Positions 31,568 through 40,086 are shown, counted from the stretch's first letter. The stretch: DNA of 64,000 nt from an uncultured delta proteobacterium (GCA_963790475.1 CAWBOS010000010.1:1344001-1408000); one strand, 5' to 3'. Notes: generated by a model not told the origin, from the sequence alone. Translations and numbers: made by a program.

Positions 31568-32536
31568 TCAGTTTTTGAAAAAAAGAGTGTTCTTGACCGG
31601 ATTCTTTCCGTCAAAATAAATGGGTAATCCCTCCCAGCCCCAAAACAAACCTGCGGATACTTTCATGGCTTGTACATGCAGATGGGGTTGACTCGTCCAT
31701 CCGGAATTCCCCGCCCGGGCAATGGCCTGCCCCTCCCTGACCTTTTCGCCCACTTTGACAAGGATACTTCCTTTTTGCAGATGACCCATTAAAACCCCGA
31801 ATTCTTTGGTGGCAATCAACACATGGTTGCCGACATTGTAAGGAGGATTACCGCGCCAGGGGGTTTCATTAGGCCATTTGTCTTCGACATCAAGGACTTC
31901 GCCTTCACACGGACTGTAAACGATTTGGTTAAAAACAGCATATCTCTCCTTTAGCATGGGCAGAAACCCATAGGCATCATTTCCCCAGGGGGTGACCTTG
32001 GTGATGTCCACCGCGTAGCGCATGGAAAGGTTGGTATTCGCTCCCTGGTGCTGTGCCGCGCCATAATGATAGTTCATGAGAGAACTCCGCCGACCGTTAC
32101 CGCCTTCAAAAACAGTATATACCCCATTTCTGAAAGGAAAGGCGAGATGGACAGGCGGCTCGCCGTAAAAATAAGACCGGAAGGCACCCAGCACAAAATA
32201 GATCAGGACGGCTGAGATGATTATCCCGGCTCCATAACCAAGCCACCCTGAAAATGGAGGCGGTACGAAAAAAGGCAGATTCCTTACCTGAAAAAACGAC
32301 CGGATAATAGTCGCGGCGGCCAGAATAAGAAGAAGGTAGCGCAAATAAAAGCCGGCAAAGACCCATGAACCCATAAGGTAGACGAAGGTCATATAGGAAA
32401 ACAGAATCAAGGCCTGGATTACCCAAGATAGTATGCTGGAGTAACATCTGTTCCAGGTCCACAGAATCAAGATAATAGGAATGACCCAATGAAGGAGGGC
32501 AATCAGGGCAACGGCTGTGAGATGACTGAAACGCAT
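31568..32536 (-). CDS. Membrane-bound M23 family metallopeptidase
   Basis: N-terminal TM helices. YAVD, GNHV, HLQKGS and GNSGWTSQPHLH motifs. Confidence 0.85.
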   Translation of the reverse strand: MRFSHLTAVALIALLHWVIPIILILWTWNRCYSSILSWVIQALILFSYMTFVYLMGSWVFAGFYLRYLLLILAAATIIRSFFQVRNLPFFVPPPFSGWLGYGAGIIISAVLIYFVLGAFRSYFYGEPPVHLAFPFRNGVYTVFEGGNGRRSSLMNYHYGAAQHQGANTNLSMRYAVDITKVTPWGNDAYGFLPMLKERYAVFNQIVYSPCEGEVLDVEDKWPNETPWRGNPPYNVGNHVLIATKEFGVLMGHLQKGSILVKVGEKVREGQAIARAGNSGWTSQPHLHVQAMKVSAGLFWGWEGLPIYFDGKNPVKNTLFFKN

Positions 32537-32881
32537 GCTACTTCCTTCTTATAAATTTTGACTGGGGAGGCTTTTGTGAATGCCTGTTTCTGTGAGCCTT
32601 GATGGAGTGAAACTCAACGCTCTTGGCTGCTGGAGGGATTTTAGACAATCAGCCGACTTAATCTTCACCCACTTATTAAAAAGAACAGATAATAGATTAC
32701 TTTCACCGCAGAGACCCAGAGGTCGCAGAGAAGAATATTTTTTGCTTTCCGTGTTCTTCGCGTCTCGAACGAGTCACGCCTCTGGCGTGACGAGTGAGCG
32801 ATGAAAAAATGTGCACCTCTGCCTAAGGCTCACCTTAATGGGAGCGATGCAGTGGTGAGAAGAGGGTAAGAAAGGATCGAT

Positions 32882-33100
32882 TTATTTTTTGGCAGCGGCT
32901 CGCTTTTTTTTCATGGGTGTCCGGCAGCACATCAAATCTATCGTCTGGCAGCCGCAGTCATCTTCCAAAACGACCACCAGCCCGCAGTCACTGCAGGCAT
33001 ACTTGCTCCCGGCCCGGGAGGCTTTTTTAGGAGCGGCCTTTTTCGCGACAGCTTTTTTAGGGGCAATTTTTTTAGCAACCGGTTTCTTGCTCATAGCCAT
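32882..33100 (-). CDS. Small basic protein: histone-H1-like K/A/P repeats + desulforedoxin-like Cys knuckle
   Basis: KKPVAKKIAPKKAVAKKAAPKK followed by YACSDCG...CGC...LMCCRTPM. SD ggaagga. Confidence 0.7.
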   Translation of the reverse strand: MAMSKKPVAKKIAPKKAVAKKAAPKKASRAGSKYACSDCGLVVVLEDDCGCQTIDLMCCRTPMKKKRAAAKK

Positions 33101-33418
33101 TTTATTATCTCCTTCCACAAATTTTAATTATTTTTATTGTGTAGCAAAATGAAGAATGTTGTCAAGAAATTATTTAATCAATTATTCATTCATCTCCCGG
33201 CCGGGAATCTCCCCCCTACCGCTTGGCTCGCATCGATGATTGATAGGCCAGACCTGATTTGGAACGGAATATCGATTGGCTCGCGGTATCGGTGTTCTGC
33301 TTAGAACCTTTTTTGGGGGGATAAAGGGGCACTTTAAGATTCTTTTTACCCCAACTTTTTAATGGAATTCTTTGAGATTTCATCCCTCCGGGCTGGTCCC
33401 GCCCCCGTTGCCCCGATT

Positions 33419-34222
33419 TTAACTCTCCCCCGTACAGCTATTCCGGGACACGCGTTCGGCGGGATCTTGACGGTAGTATTCCTGCAAAACACGATAAAGG
33501 TCCGGTGCATGCTTAATCATTAACCGCGGTTGATCGAAGAATTGTTCTGTGGCGACGGCGAAAAATTCCGCTTCGCTAATTGCACCGTAAGCATTGAGGA
33601 AAGATTTCTTGCCCTTTTCGGTGTCGTGTTTGAGACGTAGATATTCACGCGAACAGGTCAGGACCCAGTCACGGTATTCATCCCGGTCGCGCAGTGGAGG
33701 TGTACCGTCGGCCGCGCCGTTGAGCATGTCCAGTTTATGGGCGAATTCGTGGTAAATAACGTTGTGACCAGACTCAGGATGGCGCCCTCCGCGCAGGGCG
33801 GCATCCCAGATAATAATTACCGGCCCCCGCTGGAACGCCTGCCCGATAATGGGATGCTCAAGCTCCACCGGTGCGAAGGTATTTTCAAAAAAACCTGGCT
33901 TGCGTTGAGGCGGAACAACGGTAGAGGGATAGACGATGATGGATTCGACATTACGATAGTAGTTGTGGGGCAGGCCCAGAACAAGAAGACAGGCCTGAGC
34001 GGAAATCGTGACGCGGATCTCGTCGGTAAGGTCCAGTCCCCCAGCTCCTTCCCAATTTTTTTCGGCAATAAATACCTGGATCAGGGCGCGCAGGTGAGCA
34101 CGCTCGACATCTTCCAGCATGCAGTAGTGGGCCACGTTACGGCGGATTATGTCCTCCCATAAGGAAGGGAAAGGTGCCTGGATGAGCTTATTTCGGCGAC
34201 GATCGCTAAACCAATGAAACAT
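33419..34222 (-). CDS. mtfA: MtfA-like zinc peptidase (M90)
   Basis: IIVYP, NVIYHEFAHKLD, DGTPPL and AEFFAVATEQFF motifs. Confidence 0.85.
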   Translation of the reverse strand: MFHWFSDRRRNKLIQAPFPSLWEDIIRRNVAHYCMLEDVERAHLRALIQVFIAEKNWEGAGGLDLTDEIRVTISAQACLLVLGLPHNYYRNVESIIVYPSTVVPPQRKPGFFENTFAPVELEHPIIGQAFQRGPVIIIWDAALRGGRHPESGHNVIYHEFAHKLDMLNGAADGTPPLRDRDEYRDWVLTCSREYLRLKHDTEKGKKSFLNAYGAISEAEFFAVATEQFFDQPRLMIKHAPDLYRVLQEYYRQDPAERVSRNSCTGES

Positions 34223-34310
34223 TGAAATTTCCTAATGTTCTTTTACTTTCGGTAACTGGGGTCGAACCCAATGCCGTTAATTTTCGGCAAAACATATATG
34301 GTGTCCCCGG

Positions 34311-34356
34311 ATTTGCACCGGGCCCTCAGCGCTCCGGTGAAATGACTTAGTTAGCA
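34311..34356 (-). mobile_element. Truncated integron attC site
   Basis: Minus strand TGCTAAC-TAAGTC-ATTTCACCGG..CCGGTG, then no R' GTT. TGCTAAC complements the GTTAGCA that opens this cassette at 35168. Confidence 0.6.
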
Positions 34357-34386
34357 TTTCAATCCTCAATCATCTTAGGAATTTCA

Positions 34387-35121
34387 TTAGATTCTGCTGA
34401 GCGCTTTGTCAAGGGTGCCGGATTTTTTCCATTCTCTGAACGTTCTCTCAAAAAATATTTTCGATGCAGCATTCTCGATCATCAAAGGCAAAACCCCATC
34501 TAGTCCAAGGAACATTTTTTCTGTATGTTGCAGCTGTCTCAAGTGGCTAGAAACAAAAAACACCCATGTCATACCTGCCATTATGAATATGTAGCAATGG
34601 TGGCCATCAAATTTTGACTCTTGAGGGAGCATCATCATTTGACTCGTCAAATCAAAATACGACGGTGTAAAAATGATAAGACAACCATAGTCAGCAGGCG
34701 CACCCGGATTATTTTGTTCTATCATGCAACGTAGCTTTTCTTCGTGTGGTCCTAAATTGACATTGGAGAATTGTTGCAGTCCGGACACTCCAGCACGCCA
34801 TATTAAAGAGAGCTGAAATAGTTTAAATTTTTTATAATCAACATCATAAACCATGATCGTCTCTTGTCGTTTTTCAACACCCATCTCGGTGCCACCAACC
34901 AAGACTTGGGCCGCGTATGTTTCCCATTTGTTCAGCTTATCCTCACAATTCCTACAAAGCAATTTTTCCTTAAAACCTTTTTGCCACTTTCTCACTTTTG
35001 GTGGGCCAGATAGCTGGACGAACTTATGCTTTTCTTTGCTGTACAAAGTCTTGTAAAGGAATTCAGGAATAATGTGTGAAGCGCAAAGCTCGAAAGTTTG
35101 AAGGCATAATCTGCATGTCAT
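34387..35121 (-). CDS. Cassette-borne HNH-like (His-Me finger) protein
   Basis: CRLC..SHIIP..LLCRNCE pattern. AT-rich and bounded by attC sites. Confidence 0.6.
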   Translation of the reverse strand: MTCRLCLQTFELCASHIIPEFLYKTLYSKEKHKFVQLSGPPKVRKWQKGFKEKLLCRNCEDKLNKWETYAAQVLVGGTEMGVEKRQETIMVYDVDYKKFKLFQLSLIWRAGVSGLQQFSNVNLGPHEEKLRCMIEQNNPGAPADYGCLIIFTPSYFDLTSQMMMLPQESKFDGHHCYIFIMAGMTWVFFVSSHLRQLQHTEKMFLGLDGVLPLMIENAASKIFFERTFREWKKSGTLDKALSRI

Positions 35122-35161
35122 AATCGAATCCTATTGCCCTACTCATATTAGTGCTAATTAG

Positions 35162-35292
35162 TGCTAACGGCTGAGTTCACAGGGTTGGCGGATTAACACG
35201 GTGGACCTTGACTGACCGAGAGCGACCATTCGAAGCGAACAACATTGAAAAACCAGACGGCGAGCCAACTCCGGTGGGACGATTTGTTTGCT
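35162..35292 (-). mobile_element. Integron attC site
   Basis: Minus strand AGCAAAC-AAATC-GTCCCACC..GTTGGC...GCCAAC..GTGAAC-TCAGCC-GTTAGCA. 5/6-nt spacers and an extra base in L''. Begins just after the stop codon at 35309. Confidence 0.75.
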
Positions 35293-35308
35293 GGTGTTAG
35301 CGTCCTCG

Positions 35309-36733
35309 TCAAGAATGTGATTCCTCACTCTCGGTGACAGGTTTTTCCGTTGTAGGTGCTTCTGGGTCGTTTTCCTGTTGTTTGGTTGAGTCGTCGTCTT
35401 TTGACTCTTCTTTCCTGGGTTCCTCTTTTGGCAATTGGGGCACCTTGCGAACGTAAGGTCGCAGCCCCTCGACGACACTTCTGTAAAAATCTTCGACCCC
35501 TCGATCTATACCCTCCAAAACGGGCGCTGTGGAACGCGCTTTTCCTTTCCGAAGACCAATCGTCCACTTGAGGGAAAAGGAGCGAGGCGACGCTTTGCTC
35601 AAGCTCTGACCGTTGTTGTCCCAGAGCAATCTGTCGACCCCCTCTTTTTTCAAATCTCCAATTTGCGCCTGGGAGCATAGCCCCCATCCCCAATCGATTT
35701 GGAACACGAGATCACCTGGTACATCCTCTGAGTTTAGCTGCCTGAGCATCCACTTTATTCGTGTTATGGCTTTACCCTCCATTGGTGCCTTTACCTCGAT
35801 AGAGTACTGCACCGACCGAGCTGCGAGGAGTACGACAACCGACAAATCTCCGGCAGCGTCCGGAATCCTGAGTACGCCCGAAAGTTCGCCTTTTTTTATT
35901 GCAGCATCATGCAGATTCTTAATGTACTTCCCATAGTCGTTTTGCTCGGGTTTGGAGGTTTTGAGTTTGACACCAGCTCCCAGCCTCGCGCGTAAACGGA
36001 GAGCGACCTTCCTCAAGAAAGCATCCCAGCGTTGGACAACGTCAAGCAGTTCGCTCTTACACGCGCCAAGATTGCCTTCATGCGCAAATAGAAGAACTTT
36101 GTTCCAGTGCTCTCCCATTTGGGGAGGCTCGATTATGCGGGACTGAGGATCGGCGACGTAGCGGATCCACTCCTCCAACATCCATTGCTGGTCAGCATCC
36201 GCGACTCTATTGTCACGGCGCAGCAGTTGTGCCTCGCTGAGCAGCCTCTCCCAAGAAAGATGGAAGACGGGGACTTTCCTAAGCCTAAAGCTATTGAACG
36301 TCAACTCAGGCGGAAGACCGTTTGCCAACGCTGACTGATTACTAATCGTGATCAAAGCATCGATGTCCTGATCACCTGCCAAAGTGTGATAGCAGTCGAA
36401 CTGGTCTTGCTTCAGGGAATTGTCTCCGACCTTGACTTCAACGAGGGCGGTCCAACCGGTTTTCCCTTTTTTGACTCGAAAAACTCCATCGGGCCGCTCC
36501 TCTCGCGATGTTGCTCCAGTCTGGACCTTGAAGGGTACCTCTGTATAACAACTAAGCTTTCCGACCGGCCCGCCGGCTATTGAGACAATGGCCCGACCGA
36601 ATTCTGTGACGGCGCGTGCCACAGCCAGCAATGACGCTGTCGCCCGGAGTTCCGCTTCTTGATCGGTGCTAATATGGTGGCACGGAAACAATCGTACTTC
36701 ATTGCCGGAAAGAAGTTCATCGTGCAAAGCCAT
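35309..36733 (-). CDS. PD-(D/E)xK nuclease-superfamily protein
   Basis: TEV..RPDG..ALVEVK..Q..Y..ITISN motifs and a low-complexity acidic tail. SD aaggagg. Confidence 0.65.
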   Translation of the reverse strand: MALHDELLSGNEVRLFPCHHISTDQEAELRATASLLAVARAVTEFGRAIVSIAGGPVGKLSCYTEVPFKVQTGATSREERPDGVFRVKKGKTGWTALVEVKVGDNSLKQDQFDCYHTLAGDQDIDALITISNQSALANGLPPELTFNSFRLRKVPVFHLSWERLLSEAQLLRRDNRVADADQQWMLEEWIRYVADPQSRIIEPPQMGEHWNKVLLFAHEGNLGACKSELLDVVQRWDAFLRKVALRLRARLGAGVKLKTSKPEQNDYGKYIKNLHDAAIKKGELSGVLRIPDAAGDLSVVVLLAARSVQYSIEVKAPMEGKAITRIKWMLRQLNSEDVPGDLVFQIDWGWGLCSQAQIGDLKKEGVDRLLWDNNGQSLSKASPRSFSLKWTIGLRKGKARSTAPVLEGIDRGVEDFYRSVVEGLRPYVRKVPQLPKEEPRKEESKDDDSTKQQENDPEAPTTEKPVTESEESHS

Positions 36734-36975
36734 CATGATCCTCCTTGGTGAGTATTGGCGCTCCCCGCAGCGGAGCGCCAAGTTATTCTAAAGTTTTCCG
36801 TATATCTCCACAACCCAGGATATTTTCCCAGGGTAATACGGCGCCCCCAAATAATAGGGTTTGGAGTTTGGCTACCAAAGAAAGACATATGTCCTAAGAC
36901 TTTAGGTGTTTTATTGAGTGGATCTTTTGAGATATGGATCTGGGCCATGAATCTCCTTAAGATCTTAAGAAAGGG

Positions 36976-37119
36976 TGAGACCTTTGAAAAATGCCCCCTT
37001 TTGCTCAATCTCTGTGTCAGGCTCAAATTTCAATCCTCGAAATATTACATATATTCCTGTGGTTGAAATTTTCGCCTTTCTTGACCTTGACCAAAATTGA
37101 ACATTTTTCAAAGGTCTCA
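36976..37119. mobile_element. MITE with perfect 18-bp terminal inverted repeats
   Basis: TGAGACCTTTGAAAAATG ... CATTTTTCAAAGGTCTCA. 144 bp, non-coding. Confidence 0.7.
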
Positions 37120-37265
37120 AGGTATTTGAAAGATAAAGACTGAAGGGAATTATAGAATATAACCGGCTAATTTGCAAAGAGATATTTTAAATGAAGGTTA
37201 TCTGCGGTTTGGGCCAGTTTTTTATCAAGAGTCCAGACAGATCGGACGGTCAACTAAAATCATAT

Positions 37266-37318
37266 TGGGACAATGTACCATTTCCCATTATGACATTTAT
37301 AACTACTGGGGATATAAT
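37266..37318 (+). promoter_or_regulatory. Sigma70 promoter plus palindromic operator of a TA locus
   Basis: TGGGAcAATG-tac-CATTTCCCA, then ATGACA-17-TATAAT. Confidence 0.55.
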
Positions 37319-37354
37319 TCTTTCCTATCAACTTAATATTCAGGAGAACATTCT

Positions 37355-37630
37355 ATGTCCGAAATCAATCTTTTGAAGACCGACCATCGAGGCCGGGTTA
37401 CCCTTCCTGGCCCTTTTCGAAAAGAACCCTTATTTGAATACCTTATTGACGGGGAACAAATCATTCTTTATCCCGTCCGAACTGTTCGTAAATACCCGGA
37501 TATGTCTGACCTTCCCGGAGAAAATCTTACTCTCGAATGGGAAAAAAGAGAACAAAAGGTAAACAGGGATACCCGCAAAGGGATACGCGCCGCCTCTGCC
37601 TCGGACGCTCTGAAAAAACTAAGGAAATAA
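37355..37630 (+). CDS. AbrB/MazE-like antitoxin
   Basis: TDHRGRVTLPGPFR..GEQIILYPV (swapped hairpin) and a WEKRE..KG C-terminus. Confidence 0.65.
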   Translation: MSEINLLKTDHRGRVTLPGPFRKEPLFEYLIDGEQIILYPVRTVRKYPDMSDLPGENLTLEWEKREQKVNRDTRKGIRAASASDALKKLRK

Positions 37631-37636
37631 CCCTCG

Positions 37637-37784
37637 ATGCCCACTAAAGTTCCCCCGTTTCGGTTGATTTTTGAAGCTGTTTTTCTTGAGAGTTATGAGG
37701 ATAACCTTTGAGTATGGCCCTGAACCTGGAATGATTGCTTTTCGTAATTGCGGTCATCATGATTCCAGTGAAAGAAAAATTTGA
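37637..37784 (+). pseudogene. RelE-like toxin remnant with internal deletion
   Basis: N-terminal MPTKVPPFRLIFEAVFLESY is joined out of frame to C-terminal MRITFEYGPEPGMIAFRNCGHHD. Confidence 0.55.
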
Positions 37785-37940
37785 TCCAATCTGATTTCTT
37801 AGAATGAATAAAAAAGGCCCTTTTCAAACCATTGGAAAAGGACCGTTGATCTTCTTCTTATCCTCCCCGGGTTGGTGTTAAAGACAAAAAGAAAAGAAAA
37901 ATTAATGACGTCGATTGCCCAGGGGTCGGCGTATTCCGAG

Positions 37941-38279
37941 CTAAACAAAGGTGGCCGGTTTTACATTAAATTTCTTGGCCAATATTCTTATGTGATTCAG
38001 GTTAAAAGGCCTTTTACCATTTAGCAATTCGGAAACAGTGGATTTGCCGCCCAAAATACCGGCCAGATCCTTTTGCTTTATTCCGTTTTGATCCATCATG
38101 AATTTTAATATTTCAATTCCGGAGGCTTCCGGGAATGAAGTGAGGGACTCTTCATACTTTTCAATCAGAATTGTCAGAGTTTCGGCATAATCGGCCAAAT
38201 CTCCTTCGGTTTCGTCAAAAACCACCTCCATGGATTTCAAGGCCTCCTGGTATTCTTCTTCATTTTTTATGACCTTCAT
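37941..38279 (-). CDS. higA: HigA-like HTH antitoxin, no adjacent toxin
   Basis: IKNEEEYQEAL..LIEKYE..LKFMMDQNGIKQKDL..VSELLNGKR. Confidence 0.8.
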   Translation of the reverse strand: MKVIKNEEEYQEALKSMEVVFDETEGDLADYAETLTILIEKYEESLTSFPEASGIEILKFMMDQNGIKQKDLAGILGGKSTVSELLNGKRPFNLNHIRILAKKFNVKPATFV

Positions 38280-38359
38280 AAGTCTGTGCCCTTTTGAGGT
38301 TCTTAGAATCCTATAGCAGCTTATTCAAAATCGATTCCGTAGTCTCCATCGTCAAATGA

Positions 38360-38680
38360 TCATCCAGAGTGCATCTCGCCGATTTTTCCCCTATTTCTAA
38401 GGTGACGTTCCGGAATCTTTTTCAACGCATCTCCTATCTCAATCTCTGCCAGGTGCAGTTCATAATTTTTTTGTAGGTTTATCCAAATATCCGGTCCCGT
38501 GCCAACCCAGCGACCGAGACGCAAGGCCGTGTCTCCGGTAATGCCCCGTTTGCCACGGATAATCTGAGTAAGCCGGTTCGTCGGTACACCCAGTTCTTTA
38601 GCCAGTTCGTTGGCACTCATACCAAGTGCCTTTAACTCGTCAGCCAGGTGTTCCCCCGGATGAATGAGAAGCCTTCCCAT
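38360..38680 (-). CDS. higA: HigA/VapI addiction-module antidote, toxin missing
   Basis: IHPGEHLADEL..GKRGITGDTALRL..WINLQKNYEL. Confidence 0.85.
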   Translation of the reverse strand: MGRLLIHPGEHLADELKALGMSANELAKELGVPTNRLTQIIRGKRGITGDTALRLGRWVGTGPDIWINLQKNYELHLAEIEIGDALKKIPERHLRNRGKIGEMHSG

Positions 38681-38699
38681 ATTTAAACCTCTAATCGTA

Positions 38700-38967
38700 G
38701 AGCTTTTGCAAAAGTTCCTTGACGTCATTCTGGAGAAGAGACTGTGTCACAATTGAAGTTATGTCATTCCATGCGAGCGAAGAAGCGCGATTCGGAATTC
38801 AGTATTTTCATTAGGTTCTGGATACCGGCTTTCGCCGGTATGACGGCTTTGATGGCACTTTTATTAATTACGACACAGTCTCGAAAGCTGGAATCCAGTC
38901 GTTTCAATGCATTCTGGACACCGGCTTTCGCCGGTGTGACGAAATTTGAGGGATTTGCAGGAACCTC
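38700..38967. mobile_element. Nested miniature elements (inner MITE 38738-38882 inside a REP-like element)
   Basis: Inner TIRs GAGACTGTGTCACAATT / AATTACGACACAGTCTC with a GAA duplication. Removing it restores gtcattctggagaaagctggaatccag. Confidence 0.7.
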
Positions 38968-38995
38968 GTTATTTTTCATTTTCCACATCAAGCAG

Positions 38996-39015
38996 ATTAT
39001 ACGTTATACGTTAAT
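38996..39015 (-). promoter_or_regulatory. Putative higBA-type operator overlapping a -10 box
   Basis: Minus strand ATTAACGTATAACGTATAAT: an imperfect palindrome ending in TATAAT. Confidence 0.5.
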
Positions 39016-39056
39016 GGTACAGCTTATTTCTTTTAATAGGGTTTGCTCTGTGCGAT

Positions 39057-39986
39057 TCAAGCATATTTCTTTAAGGCCTTCTTTAATTCTTCTTTAACCC
39101 CTTCCCTCAATTCCGGCGGTGAAACCACCTCCACATGGGGCAGCCAGCGATAGATCCAGGGGGTGATCCCCTCCAGGCCGTTGACCGTAAACCTGAGTTC
39201 CAGACGGCCGTCCTTAAGGATTCGCTCCCGCTGGCTCTCATGCCACCGCTTTCTTTGCAGATAAGGGCGGCTCTCAACATCGAACCTTAGGACAACCTCC
39301 TCCGGTTCCCCGTCCACCACGGTCCCAAAGGCCCCGGAAAGCTCTTCCTCCGGAGCGATGTTCCTGGGGATGAAATGTTCCTCCAAAACCTTCAAGCCCA
39401 TAATCCGGTCCAGAGCAAAGGTCCGGACATCCTCCCGCAGGTGGCAATAACCCCGGAAGTACCAGAAATCCTCCTCGAAAAAGAGATAATAAGGATCCAC
39501 TTTCCGCTTGGTCTTTTCGTCGGAATAGAGGGGCCGATAGGTCATCTTAATTTTCCGGAAATTCATGATGGCCTTATGGATAATTCCGATATGTCCGGCC
39601 ACCTTCTCGGGCAGAGGTCCTCCGGAAAGGACAATGTGCCGGGGGAGCTCCGGCTTTTTGACCGAGAGTTTTTCTTCGATCCGTTTCATACTGTCTTCCC
39701 AGCCGCTGCCCATGCCGGCCATCATCTTCCGGGAGATGCCCAGAGCCAATGTTTCATCCAGGGACAAATCCGGCCTCTTCAAACTGTAGCCTTCCATAAA
39801 CCGATATCCTCCTTGTTCTTTATCAAAAACGATGGGAAACCCTGCCGCCTGTACGGTGGTCAGATACCGAAAAACCGTCCTCTCGCTGACACCCAGTTCT
39901 TCCTTCAACAAATCGACCGTCACCTTTTCCCCCCGGCTGTCCAGTTTATTCAGGATCAGCATCAGCGAATCGAATTTATAGGACAT
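39057..39986 (-). CDS. HTH-WYL-WCX transcriptional regulator
   Basis: LGVSERTVFRYL (HTH), RKVDPY, WYFRGYC, RTFALDRI and VEVVSPPELR. Confidence 0.92.
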   Translation of the reverse strand: MSYKFDSLMLILNKLDSRGEKVTVDLLKEELGVSERTVFRYLTTVQAAGFPIVFDKEQGGYRFMEGYSLKRPDLSLDETLALGISRKMMAGMGSGWEDSMKRIEEKLSVKKPELPRHIVLSGGPLPEKVAGHIGIIHKAIMNFRKIKMTYRPLYSDEKTKRKVDPYYLFFEEDFWYFRGYCHLREDVRTFALDRIMGLKVLEEHFIPRNIAPEEELSGAFGTVVDGEPEEVVLRFDVESRPYLQRKRWHESQRERILKDGRLELRFTVNGLEGITPWIYRWLPHVEVVSPPELREGVKEELKKALKKYA

Positions 39987-40022
39987 TTTTCCTCCTGTTC
40001 GGAAATTAAAATATCTTATCAG

Positions 40023-40042
40023 ACTGACAGCATTGTGTCAGT
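40023..40042. promoter_or_regulatory. Palindromic operator upstream of the WYL gene
   Basis: ACTGACA-gcattg-TGTCAGT, perfect 7-6-7. Confidence 0.65.
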
Positions 40043-40086
40043 AGGAATTAAAAAAAAAACGGAGCCGTAATTCAATTTAAATATTT

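Noticed and set aside
35147-35167. Tandem ttagtgctaa duplication at the cassette start
   Set aside because: Only two 10-bp copies beside the attC core. Probably a local slippage or recombination scar with no further evidence of function.
36783-36960. attI site or intI remnant upstream of the cassettes
   Set aside because: No convincing GTTRRRY with an L box, and no tyrosine-recombinase motifs in any listed frame.
38744-39097. ORFs 38744-39097 (+) and 38764-38991 (-)
   Set aside because: These are translations of REP/MITE sequence (WIPAFAGMT, VIPAKAGIQ).
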